Positions 38,717-47,998 of a DNA stretch of 64,000 nt are shown in pieces. Numbering within the stretch: the first letter of the stretch is position 1; each line of letters starts with the position of its first letter. Both the position numbers and the translations under genes were made by a program. Origin of the DNA: Candidatus Poribacteria bacterium (lineage in GTDB: Bacteria; Poribacteria; WGA-4E; PCPOR2b); contig OZ240245.1 of assembly GCA_965198175.1 (NCBI GenBank), positions 4,128,001-4,192,000 of the forward strand, read 5' to 3'. The notes under the pieces are model-generated. The model was not told the origin of the DNA. It searched no databases and worked only from the letters and a program-made list of their open reading frames with translations.

Positions 38717-38797
38717 GGATCAACCGAACGAATAGTGAGGGCGATAGTTTTAACCGACAGTCAAGACTATCGCCCTCACTATTCGTTCGGTTGATCC
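38717..38797. repeat. Perfect 32-bp inverted repeat with 17-nt spacer
   Basis: ggatcaaccgaacgaatagtgagggcgatagt (38717-38748) and actatcgccctcactattcgttcggttgatcc (38766-38797). Confidence 0.97.
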
Positions 38798-39617
38798 ATC
38801 GGCTTGGGTTCATCCCGGGCGCTTCGGACGCCATATTGGGAGGTTTATTGCCCCCATGGAAATCCCAATGACGGGTATTTCGATCAGCGTAGAGCGGGCG
38901 TACCGAATCGGGCAGTTTGGCTAAACCTGCCGCATCCCAAGGTGGTACGTTCTTAATCGGGCTTGCCCAAGTGGGTCGATAGGCAATCGCCAACATCTCT
39001 CGGGCGCGGGCGCCGGTGTTCGGGTGATTGCCATGAAAGACTCGATGGTTAATCAATACTGCTGAACCCGCATTTGCAGGGACCATGACCTCTTCCGGAT
39101 GAGATTCATAGCGTTTGTACGGGTTTGCGTCGGCATGCATGCACAGGTGTGAACGGGGGACGACTCGGAATGGGGAAATTTCTGGCGTGAGATCGTCGAG
39201 GTAATACAACACCCGGACCATAACGGGGACACTCCCTTCATAACCGAAAATTTGTGATCCGTAAGGTTGTCCGTCTGTATGCAGACTGATGCCCGGGTGT
39301 CCAGGTTCCGAACGGGCGTAGCCATAGCTCATGAGAATCACTTCATCGCCAAATAGCCTCCGTAGAAAGGATATGGTTATCGGATGGGCAGCCAGCTCGG
39401 TTATTGCCCCGCCCAGAAACTGGATGTTTGGGCACCCCCGCTGGTGCACGCTGTAATCCACAGCTCTGGTTTCCAACTTTGCAGTCTCTGCCTTAAGTTG
39501 AGCAATATGGTCGGGAGACAACAGGTAGGGTAACAGAAGATACCCTTCGACTTCAATCTGTCGAATTCGTTCGCCCAACGTCAAAGCAGACCAGTCACGG
39601 TCATCAATTCGATTCAT
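38798..39617 (-). CDS. PhyH family dioxygenase with no stop codon of its own; reads through into the sugar transferase
   Basis: Start MNRIDDRDWS after GGAG; LHTD, YYLDDL, VPRSH, FHGN. Frame stays open across the palindrome to 38070. Confidence 0.8.
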
Positions 39618-39636
39618 CACAGTCGCTCCAATGAAG

Positions 39637-39678
39637 GTTGTTGCCCGACGAACATTGGGAGTTTGTCGGCGCAATAAC
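39637..39678. repeat. Intergenic hairpin (REP-like)
   Basis: gttgttgc-ccgacgaac / gtttgtcgg-c-gcaataac; pairing includes G-U pairs on the + strand. Confidence 0.4.
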
Positions 39679-39827
39679 TGGGATAGGTCTGCTTCCTCCA
39701 CACAATGATGCACACCTCCTCTCACTAACCTGTATACACGACCACCAACAATCAAATGGCGTCAGTGCGTCATTAGAAGAGATAGGGCTTCGAGTTTCAT
39801 TTGCTGATCCATCCCATTCGTTACCAA

Positions 39828-40583
39828 CTATAGGCCTGTGTACGAAGCGCCACAGACGTGCAAATCGGCGCCTGAGATATAACTCGCTTGTTCCGAAGCT
39901 AAGAAGGACACCACTTCCCCTACCAGTGCCGGGCCTGGATAGTCGTCACGATTTCGATACACAGGTATATTCGCACGGGCATACGCAACCCAATCCTCTG
40001 GCGTTCCTGAAATCATGTCCGTGTTGATTCGGCCCGGGGAAACGACATTCGCGGTGATGTTGTGTGGGCCTAAGGTTGCCGCTAACCCTCGAACATAGTG
40101 GCTCTGAGCTGCTTTCCCAACCGAATAGGCGGAAGCGCCCGATTCACGCCCGGCAATCGAGCCGATAGCGATAATTCGCCCCCAACGTTGCACTTTCATG
40201 ATTTCAACGATTTCGTGGCATAGATAATAGGTGCTATATAGGTGCGATCGTATGACTCGGTCCCACTTCTCCGGGGATTCGGTGTCATCAGGGAGGTAAA
40301 TCCCGGCGGAGTGAACCAGCACATCAATTCCGCCTACGGTCTCTTTCACCGCCGCGACAAGGCTGTGCACAGTCTGGAGATCGGTCACATCCGCCTTGAA
40401 CTTGTAAGCCTTTACCCCAAGTGCAAGCAAATCTTGCTGTGTTTTCTCGCCTGCAACATCATCACGGACGTAGTTTATTGCCACAGTTGCTCCTTCTCGC
40501 GCCAGCGACAAGGCACATTCGCGTCCAATCCCGCGAGAACCGCCAGTGACGAGAACCCTGCGATCGCTTAAACCCAGTTGCAT
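39828..40583 (-). CDS. SDR family oxidoreductase (FabG-like)
   Basis: TGGSRGIG, YSVGK, NVVSPG. Confidence 0.9.
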   Translation of the reverse strand: MQLGLSDRRVLVTGGSRGIGRECALSLAREGATVAINYVRDDVAGEKTQQDLLALGVKAYKFKADVTDLQTVHSLVAAVKETVGGIDVLVHSAGIYLPDDTESPEKWDRVIRSHLYSTYYLCHEIVEIMKVQRWGRIIAIGSIAGRESGASAYSVGKAAQSHYVRGLAATLGPHNITANVVSPGRINTDMISGTPEDWVAYARANIPVYRNRDDYPGPALVGEVVSFLASEQASYISGADLHVCGASYTGL

Positions 40584-40696
40584 GGATGGTACTCCCTCAT
40601 TTTGTCTAGAATCGGCGTTTTTTCAGAGCGCGAATGCAATGCTTGGTATAGAACGGGTTCATTTTTCGCCGAGTCATCCTGAATCCACCGCATGGT

Positions 40697-41746
40697 TTAC
40701 ACCTGTCCCATAGCCTTCCGTCCTGCTGGTGTCAGTAAGACAGCTCGCCCCAACACTTTATTCGCCCGTAAGTCGTCTAACGCATCATTTATTTTTTCCA
40801 GAGGATATAAATCAGTGACGATGGATTTTATTCTCCCCTCAGCTACCAATCGAACCGTACTCGCCAAATCTTGAAGCCGACCGCACCGCGATCCGATAAG
40901 CATCAACTCGTTCTGGGCAAGTTGTCTACCACTAAGTCCGTACAGTTCCGGCGTATAGCCCACGACAAGCAAGCGCCCACCGTGGCGTAAAACGTTGACA
41001 CCATACGTCAAGGTCTCTTCGTTGCCGACGACGTCTATCACACAGTCTGCACCGAGCCCATCGGTGAGTTCACGGACCTCCGCTTCGACCTCCGTCTCGC
41101 TCGAATTGAGCACAACGTCTGCCCCCATTTCGAGACCGCGTACCACCTTTACCGCCAATCGGTCGATGGCAATGACATATGCCCCAGCTGCCTTTGCAAG
41201 TTGGGTTACGACGGATCCCACACCGCCAATTCCCACAACCACCACGGTTTCACCCAGGCTTACTCTCGCTCGGTCCACCGCGTGAAATGCCGTGATACCG
41301 GCGTCGCAGCACACCGCAGCATCCACCCAAGCCACACCCTCCGGCACGGAGACAAGCTGCCGGGCGGGGACGATGACGTACTCAGCGTGACCGCCATGCT
41401 TTATCCTCGCGCCCATGACACCAGCCATGTCAATACATAACTGCTCCCGCTGTGTGCGGCAGAGCAAGCACTTGCCGCAAGTAAAGAAATTGTGGGCGAC
41501 GACCCGGTCGCCGGGTTTGAAATCCGTTACTTGGTCACCAAATTCAGAGACGACGCCTGCGATTTCATGGCCCGTGATGAACGGCAACTCGGGTGCGTAA
41601 CCGAATCCATCAATTAGCTTCAGGTCAGTGCCATCAGTACCACACGCCATAACTTGCACCAATACCTCGTCCGGGGCCGGTGATGGCGTCTCCGCCTCCT
41701 CTAAGCGCAGGGGCTTGCTTAATTCTTTCAGAACGGCTGCTAGCAT
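40697..41746 (-). CDS. Zinc-dependent alcohol dehydrogenase
   Basis: GHE, CGKCLLC..C, GIGGVG. Confidence 0.92.
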   Translation of the reverse strand: MLAAVLKELSKPLRLEEAETPSPAPDEVLVQVMACGTDGTDLKLIDGFGYAPELPFITGHEIAGVVSEFGDQVTDFKPGDRVVAHNFFTCGKCLLCRTQREQLCIDMAGVMGARIKHGGHAEYVIVPARQLVSVPEGVAWVDAAVCCDAGITAFHAVDRARVSLGETVVVVGIGGVGSVVTQLAKAAGAYVIAIDRLAVKVVRGLEMGADVVLNSSETEVEAEVRELTDGLGADCVIDVVGNEETLTYGVNVLRHGGRLLVVGYTPELYGLSGRQLAQNELMLIGSRCGRLQDLASTVRLVAEGRIKSIVTDLYPLEKINDALDDLRANKVLGRAVLLTPAGRKAMGQV

Positions 41747-41800
41747 GATATGTTCCCCCTTGTCTTCATCTAAAATTCACGACAGATTATACGAATCATA

Positions 41801-42655
41801 TTATCGCGTTGCCGCGGAGATGATACCGTCCAACAGTGTCTTGCCCTCGGAAAGAACCTGTGTGGGCTCCATTTCATACCCCCAGGCAAAAGCCTCATAC
41901 TCGACCGAAATGTAACCCGGGTAATTGCTCTCCACCATTGCCCGCACCAGAGCCTCGAAATCAATTTCGCCCATCCCGAGCGGCGGGAATGCGTAGTCTT
42001 CCACATATCCTTTGGCATCCTTGGCGTGCACGTGTGCCACACGTTCGCTTAACGCCTTGAATGCTTCGGGTACGGCGTCTCCTCTGATATAGTAGTGGCT
42101 CGGATCGAACAGAACTCCTAACGATTCCAGACCGTCGTACTCGAGTAGCCGCTGCATACGACTCAAGTTGTGCACAAGGATTCCGGGAAGCCCGCCCGCT
42201 TCAACAGCCAGCGAGATTCCCAGACGGTCGGCTTCTGTAACCAACTCCCGCAGGGCAACCACCATCCACTCCCAATATTGGCTTTCCCAGCCGTAGAATT
42301 CCTTCATCCCAGAGCCGGCAACCACACATTTGACTTCCAGGTCTGACGCGAGTTGCAGCGCCTCTCTAACGAACTCTAGATTCGCTTGTCTTGTCTCGGG
42401 CACCGAATGAATCAGGTTATTGTGGGCGTTCAAGGCAACGATGGTTATGCCCGCTTGTTCCGCAGCCCGGCGCACCCGTCTTCTCGTGCTCGCGTCGTCC
42501 TCTGGACTCATGTGGGGTGGCGGCATGGGCAAGAATGGCGGTGCGATCTCAAGACTAATGTCGATGCCTTGATAGCCGTGTGCTGCGAGTATGTTAATCG
42601 CTTCTTCTGTGCTGAACTTACACAAGAGTCCAGAATTGCAGCTTAGTCCCTTCAT
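41801..42655 (-). CDS. Sugar phosphate isomerase/epimerase (xylose-isomerase-like TIM barrel)
   Basis: LAVE, FDPSH, HVHAKD, LGMGEIDF, SVEYE. Confidence 0.88.
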   Translation of the reverse strand: MKGLSCNSGLLCKFSTEEAINILAAHGYQGIDISLEIAPPFLPMPPPHMSPEDDASTRRRVRRAAEQAGITIVALNAHNNLIHSVPETRQANLEFVREALQLASDLEVKCVVAGSGMKEFYGWESQYWEWMVVALRELVTEADRLGISLAVEAGGLPGILVHNLSRMQRLLEYDGLESLGVLFDPSHYYIRGDAVPEAFKALSERVAHVHAKDAKGYVEDYAFPPLGMGEIDFEALVRAMVESNYPGYISVEYEAFAWGYEMEPTQVLSEGKTLLDGIISAATR

Positions 42656-42730
42656 GTGAAATTTTCTCCTCCGATAACACAGATGTCTCCAATGTATGGG
42701 GCATTTAGGATGACTGGAATGCGTTCACAC

Positions 42731-43582
42731 CTATTCAACATCTGCTGCACAGCGAAACCCGACGAGGCTGCCGGTGAGCGCTGGACTGAGATAGTTACGG
42801 AACGCCGCGCGAACACTGTCGGCGTTGCTGACCCAGCTACCCCCGCGCATAACGCGAGCCACTCCTGAATCAGGGCCCTTCGGGTTCTTTTCCGGTGATA
42901 TTGCATAGTAGGACAAACCCCACCAATCCGCACACCATTCCCAAACATTACCTGCCATGCCGTAGAGATTATAGCCGTTCGGCGGAAAACTCCCAACAGG
43001 AGCGGTGCTTTGATAATCGTCATTCACGTTTTTATTCGACCACCCGTAGTCTGTGTTTTTATCTGCAAAGTTGCACTGCGTTCCATCCGGGGCTTCATCA
43101 CCCCATGGAAACCGTTTCCCTACCAGTCCGCCCCGCGCCGCTTTTTCCCACTCTGCCTCGGTCGGAAGTCGCTTCCCAGCCCATTGGGCGTAAGCCGTTG
43201 CATCAAACCAGGTTGTTCCGACCACCGGCTGGTCAGGGGAATTGAAGTTTGGATCTTTCCAGTCGCCCGGCGCGGGATGTTTGGTGGCGTCCATGAATTT
43301 TTTATACTGTGCGTTGGTTACCTCATAAACGTCAATGTAGAAGGCATCTACGTAGACCGTATGCACCGGCTTCTCAGCATCTTTGCCATCGAGGCTGCCC
43401 ATCTGGAACTCGCTAGCAGGAATCAGCGCCATCGGCGCACCGTCTTTACCTGTGATACGTTCAGGAACCGATTGTGGTGCCCCCCTCTGAGCGTGCACAA
43501 CGAAGGTCAACAAGATAATGAGAAGATATGTAAGAACGGCTCGTCCTATGTTCATCAGTCCGATTGATGGGGAGATATTCAC
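42731..43582 (-). CDS. Secreted FGE-sulfatase / C-type lectin-fold protein
   Basis: [41 protein letters not shown]...GFRC; lacks the FGE catalytic Cys pair. Confidence 0.9.
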   Translation of the reverse strand: MNISPSIGLMNIGRAVLTYLLIILLTFVVHAQRGAPQSVPERITGKDGAPMALIPASEFQMGSLDGKDAEKPVHTVYVDAFYIDVYEVTNAQYKKFMDATKHPAPGDWKDPNFNSPDQPVVGTTWFDATAYAQWAGKRLPTEAEWEKAARGGLVGKRFPWGDEAPDGTQCNFADKNTDYGWSNKNVNDDYQSTAPVGSFPPNGYNLYGMAGNVWEWCADWWGLSYYAISPEKNPKGPDSGVARVMRGGSWVSNADSVRAAFRNYLSPALTGSLVGFRCAADVE

Positions 43583-43638
43583 GATCTCTAATTTTATGCG
43601 GATGTCAAGTCTATGTCAACACATTTTTGACTTCACCC

Positions 43639-43668
43639 TCGACTTCAATCTCGCAATTGTGATATAAT
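43639..43668 (+). promoter_or_regulatory. Putative extended -10 promoter of sat
   Basis: TGaTATAAT at 43660-43668, weak TCGACT -35. Confidence 0.45.
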
Positions 43669-43724
43669 CGTGTCAAACTGTACCTGATGCCAATGCCTAA
43701 ATATACTCATCACGAGGAGAGAAT

Positions 43725-44951
43725 ATGTCTTTAATCGCACCAGATAGTGGTGCATTAGTCAACTTAATCGTACCCGACAATCAGAAAGCTGAAAAACGTG
43801 ACGAAGCATCAGCCCTTCTGAAACTCACGATTACCGATTACGATATCCAGTGGGTACATGTCCTCAGCGAAGGATGGGCAAGCCCACTTCGCGGATTTAT
43901 GCGAGAAGATGAATTTTTGCAGACACTTCATTTTAACTGTCTGCGCCAACCAGACGGTACGCTTGTGAATATGTCCATCCCGATTACGCTTGACGTTTCC
44001 ACCGACAATTATAACCGTTTGAAAAATCAAGAGGCAGTTGCACTCGTTGATACAGAAGGACAAGCTGTTGCTATCTTGCGAGATCTGGAATTTCACGCCC
44101 ACCTAAAAGAGGAGCGCGTCGCACGGACATTTGGTTTAACCCACTCGGGGCATCCGAGTATTGAGCGAATCATGGCGATGGGGAATTATCTTGTAGGCGG
44201 GGAACTCGAAGTTCTGGATCGAATCACCTACAATGATGATCTCGATCAATATCGCTTGAGTCCCGCCGAGCTTCGCGCCGCATTTGAACAACGCGGCGCG
44301 GATGTCGTCTATGCGTTTCAACTGCGCAACCCTATCCACAACGGTCATGCGCTGCTCATGAACGAGACCCAAGAAGAACTCAAGAAACAGGGCTATCAAA
44401 AGCCGATGCTCCTGCTCCATCCGCTCGGGGGTTGGACAAAAGCCGACGATGTTCCGTTGCAGGTTCGGATGCGCCAGCACGATGCAGTTCTCGAAGACGG
44501 AGTTCTGGATGCAGACACAACCATCGTCTCAATCTTCCCAAGCCCAATGCTTTACGCAGGGCCAACCGAGGTGCAGTGGCATGCAAAGGCACGGATGAAC
44601 GCAGGCGCGGACTACTTTATCGTGGGGCGAGATCCGGCAGGCATGTCGCATCCAGAGCGGATCAACTCCGATGGTAGATCCGCGTCTCTTTATGATCCAT
44701 GGCACGGGATGAAGGTGTTACAGATGGCTGTTGGACTGGAACGCCTCAAAATTGTCCCGTTCCGCGTGGCAGCTTATGACAAGGTCGCGGGCAAAATGGG
44801 CTTCTTCGAACCTGACCGCGCCAAGGATTTTCTTTTCGTTTCAGGTACGCAGATGCGCGAGTACGCCCGGAAGGGCGAATCTCCGCCCAACGGTTTCATG
44901 AGCGAAAAGGCGTGGCAGGTCATCCTTGAATATTACGCTTCTTTGGAGTGA
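43725..44951 (+). CDS. sat: Sulfate adenylyltransferase (ATP sulfurylase), plant/metazoan-like type
   Basis: AFQLRNPIHNGH, LLLHPLGGWTKADDVP, YAGPTEVQWHAKAR, FIVGRDPAG, SGTQMR. Confidence 0.95.
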   Translation: MSLIAPDSGALVNLIVPDNQKAEKRDEASALLKLTITDYDIQWVHVLSEGWASPLRGFMREDEFLQTLHFNCLRQPDGTLVNMSIPITLDVSTDNYNRLKNQEAVALVDTEGQAVAILRDLEFHAHLKEERVARTFGLTHSGHPSIERIMAMGNYLVGGELEVLDRITYNDDLDQYRLSPAELRAAFEQRGADVVYAFQLRNPIHNGHALLMNETQEELKKQGYQKPMLLLHPLGGWTKADDVPLQVRMRQHDAVLEDGVLDADTTIVSIFPSPMLYAGPTEVQWHAKARMNAGADYFIVGRDPAGMSHPERINSDGRSASLYDPWHGMKVLQMAVGLERLKIVPFRVAAYDKVAGKMGFFEPDRAKDFLFVSGTQMREYARKGESPPNGFMSEKAWQVILEYYASLE

Positions 44952-45066
44952 AACGGGAAACATAATGTATCATCATCTGTGAAACCGCAGAAGCAGTGGT
45001 CAGTGACCAGCAAGTAAGAAGCATTACTGGCACTGCTTATGAACCTCTGTGAGGAAGGAGTCACAA

Positions 45067-45963
45067 ATGTCACATAACGGTATTCAGCTAATAAGCAGCT
45101 ACACAGATGCCTCAAACTGGTTTCGTGGCAACCTACACACCCATACAACCCGCAGCGACGGCTCTCGTCCGCCAGAAGAGGTTATTGCCGACTACGAAAG
45201 CCGAGGTTACGATTTTCTCGCTATCTCCGATCACGACATCTTGGTTGGACTCGATGACTATCAGAAACAGACACCCATGACACTCATCCCGGCGGTCGAG
45301 GTGACGGCACGAGGACCCCATATCTTGCAGGTCAACGCGAAAGCGTGGATTGAACCCCACGCAAATCGGCAGTGGGTCATCAACGAAATCAACAAACAAG
45401 GCGCCGTGTGTGTGTTGAACCACCCGAATTTCGAGGCACACTTCAATCATTTTCCGCAGGAGAAGATGGAGTCCCTCGAAGGATATCACGGTATCGAAAT
45501 CTACAACGGCATTATTGAGCGTCTGCCCGGCGTCGCGTTAGCCACAGATCGGTGGGATCGCTTGCTGACAACGGGGCGCACCGTCTGGGGGTTTGCGCAC
45601 GACGATTCACATCGCCCGATTGACGTTGAACTCGCCTGGAACATGGTACACGCAGATAACTGCACGGCTGACGAGATCGCTGCGGCGCTAAAGGCGGGCG
45701 GTTTCTACGGCTCTACAGGTGTCACAATCACCAACGTAGGGGCGGAAGGTACAACGGTTCATGTTGAAACCGAAGATGCGCAGCGCATCCGTTTCATCAG
45801 TAACTCCGGCGTTATCCAATCCACCGTCGATTCCTCGCAAGCCTCATACACGCTTCCTGAAGACCCGGACGCTGCCACGAAGTTGGGGTATATCCGTGCC
45901 GAATGCTACGGCGCCGGTGGGCGCATGGCGTGGACACAACCGTTCTTCATAAGAACCTCTTGA
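45067..45963 (+). CDS. PHP-domain metallohydrolase (CehA/McbA-like)
   Basis: GNLHTHTTRSDG, AISDHD, NHP, EIYNG, DDSH. Confidence 0.88.
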   Translation: MSHNGIQLISSYTDASNWFRGNLHTHTTRSDGSRPPEEVIADYESRGYDFLAISDHDILVGLDDYQKQTPMTLIPAVEVTARGPHILQVNAKAWIEPHANRQWVINEINKQGAVCVLNHPNFEAHFNHFPQEKMESLEGYHGIEIYNGIIERLPGVALATDRWDRLLTTGRTVWGFAHDDSHRPIDVELAWNMVHADNCTADEIAAALKAGGFYGSTGVTITNVGAEGTTVHVETEDAQRIRFISNSGVIQSTVDSSQASYTLPEDPDAATKLGYIRAECYGAGGRMAWTQPFFIRTS

Positions 45964-46099
45964 GGGTAGCTAGTTCTGCCCCGTTGCTACGGGGATAAGT
46001 TTAAGGCTCATAGATGTTGCGCCTCTCTGTTCACATGAATACGCCGTTAACGACCAGTTGCCAGTGCTTAGTTTTTCCTTTATGAAATGACATCGTGCA

Positions 46100-46136
46100 A
46101 AGAAACCGCGTTGTTTCCAAAAAAACTCGGTTTCTT
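46100..46136. repeat. Palindromic element AAGAAACCG...CGGTTTCTT
   Basis: 9-bp perfect stem, extendable through a T/A-rich core; intergenic. Confidence 0.5.
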
Positions 46137-46276
46137 CTGCCCGTTTTTCACTCTCCGATGAAATAAGGCTGATTATTTTGCTAACCCTTAGTCACTGGTT
46201 ACAGTCTTTTCTCTGTTTCTCAAAAGGAGTTTCACACGTTAGACAACAGGACGGTTCACAAGTAAGGATTTAGAGA

Positions 46277-47620
46277 ATGAAAAAAGATAGAAGAATGGAA
46301 AATCACGAGTTCAAAATGTACTGGCTTTCTCATGCTAGTCCTGACGCGGTATTTGAGTGGTTACGAAATCAGGAAGAGATTGATAAAGTTCTGATTGGGC
46401 GCGATGAACCTCTGATAAATCTTGGGTTGGCATTGTGGGGATATAGCCCCGAGTCAGGCGGGCACCTTTTTAAGCATGGCGATAGGACAATAAAGAAGGC
46501 TGTCATGTCTGGGCGGTCAATACAACATCAGATGCGCCATAGTGAAGTTTTTGTCCAAGTTAAGGAGTTCGTAGGAGTATTAGAGGGGCTTCTAGAGTCA
46601 TTTGATGAAAATTTGGATTTGCTAGAATCCTACTTGTCGAACGAATTAATTGGTGAGGGGTTGCTAGCCGACTTATATGAAAAACGAACGCCATTCGATA
46701 GTTTAACAGAGGAACAGTGGATTAAAGCGATAGGTCGCACTATTTCTAATCCACGTCTTAATGCTCCATATCACGGACTAATGGATCCCTACGCTTACTA
46801 CTCATATCGCCAGGTGTTCACCGCTGGTTGGAAACTATTCGAAATGTTGCCAGTCAATGATTCATCCGCAATCGTTCTTGAACTTCTCGGAGAAAAATTA
46901 CCTCCACAAAAACCCCACGACATGGATGTGTTGGTCACAATAAGAAGGTGGGAAGTAGAGGGAAATACCGAAGACAGGGATTTGGCCCATGGTTATATAG
47001 GCAGATTCGGAATGTGCCGCTTTAACCTCGCTAGACTAATCGGAACATACACATCCGAGTTCAAGTCGTTAAAAGACAGTGATGATGTTGCTTTGAGACG
47101 ATCGTATTATCAAAGGTTCAGTCCAATAAACCCAGAGGAAATAAAGGAACTCTTTGAAAAAGAGAAAGAAAAAAAGATATTCCTTAAGGCGGCAATAGAT
47201 AATCTTAGCCTCTTTAGCCGTGAAGATTTCAGAACACAGTTGAGTGAGTGCTACAAATCACCACATACCGATCCGAGGATTTCTGAGAACTTTATAGACC
47301 AGCGTCATCGGCAAAGACAGCTACATCCAGAATGGTTTCCTGATTACACTGGAAGCCTCCCTTTTGATGAAGTTAAAGACCCTGTCCTGAGAACAGATAA
47401 ACGTCTTGAGTTTCTTCAAAAAAAGGTAGATACAATTTCAAAAAGACTAGTCGAATCTGAAGACGACGATCGACTGACTGTAATAGACGAAGTGAAAGCT
47501 ATGCTAAGCGAGTCAAATCAACTTTTTTCAAATCAATTATCACAGTTGATGGTAATTCGTTGGGGTTGGTTAATAATAGGACTGCTAATAGGTTACATTT
47601 TTGCACAATGGCTGTTATGA
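46277..47620 (+). CDS. Hypothetical AT-rich protein with C-terminal coiled coil and TM anchor
   Basis: 447-aa ORF ending in WGWLIIGLLIGYIFAQWLL; no recognised motif. Confidence 0.7.
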   Translation: MKKDRRMENHEFKMYWLSHASPDAVFEWLRNQEEIDKVLIGRDEPLINLGLALWGYSPESGGHLFKHGDRTIKKAVMSGRSIQHQMRHSEVFVQVKEFVGVLEGLLESFDENLDLLESYLSNELIGEGLLADLYEKRTPFDSLTEEQWIKAIGRTISNPRLNAPYHGLMDPYAYYSYRQVFTAGWKLFEMLPVNDSSAIVLELLGEKLPPQKPHDMDVLVTIRRWEVEGNTEDRDLAHGYIGRFGMCRFNLARLIGTYTSEFKSLKDSDDVALRRSYYQRFSPINPEEIKELFEKEKEKKIFLKAAIDNLSLFSREDFRTQLSECYKSPHTDPRISENFIDQRHRQRQLHPEWFPDYTGSLPFDEVKDPVLRTDKRLEFLQKKVDTISKRLVESEDDDRLTVIDEVKAMLSESNQLFSNQLSQLMVIRWGWLIIGLLIGYIFAQWLL

Positions 47621-47698
47621 AGTCAAGATAAGCCATTTTGGTAAATAGCGCAATCCTTTTGCAAGAGGATTTGAGAACGGGTTAAATGGAGGGTTGGT

Positions 47699-47920
47699 AT
47701 GAATCTCGGTTGTCTTCTCAGGCTGCTAGGCAGTTTGGTTGCCGCAGGGATTGTCCTTATCGTGGGATATGGCTCGCTATGGCTGTTGTGGGAAGTTGGT
47801 CATAGCTCTGCTGGACACTGGATGCTCAACGTTTTGGGCATCATTCTCGGCTTGATTGGGCTGGTCGTCTGCTTGATTCCCATCGGCGTGGTGGTTAGGT
47901 TCGTATGGGGGCGTAGATGA
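47699..47920 (+). CDS. Small two-TM membrane protein
   Basis: GGAGG RBS; two hydrophobic helices. Confidence 0.6.
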   Translation: MNLGCLLRLLGSLVAAGIVLIVGYGSLWLLWEVGHSSAGHWMLNVLGIILGLIGLVVCLIPIGVVVRFVWGRR

Positions 47921-47998
47921 AGGAGTTACGGTGGCGTCCCCTCTTTGATTACTCAGGTTGCTCTTGACTCAATTTCAAATCTATGGGGGAGTTTTTGA

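Noticed and set aside
38749..38765. Invertible ON/OFF phase switch inside the 32-bp inverted repeat
   Set aside because: Both orientations keep the frame open, no recombinase is nearby, and no properly spaced promoter was found in the spacer.
42731..43582. True formylglycine-generating enzyme acting with sat
   Set aside because: The catalytic Cys pair in the RGGS..C....C motif is absent and there is no sulfatase in the window.
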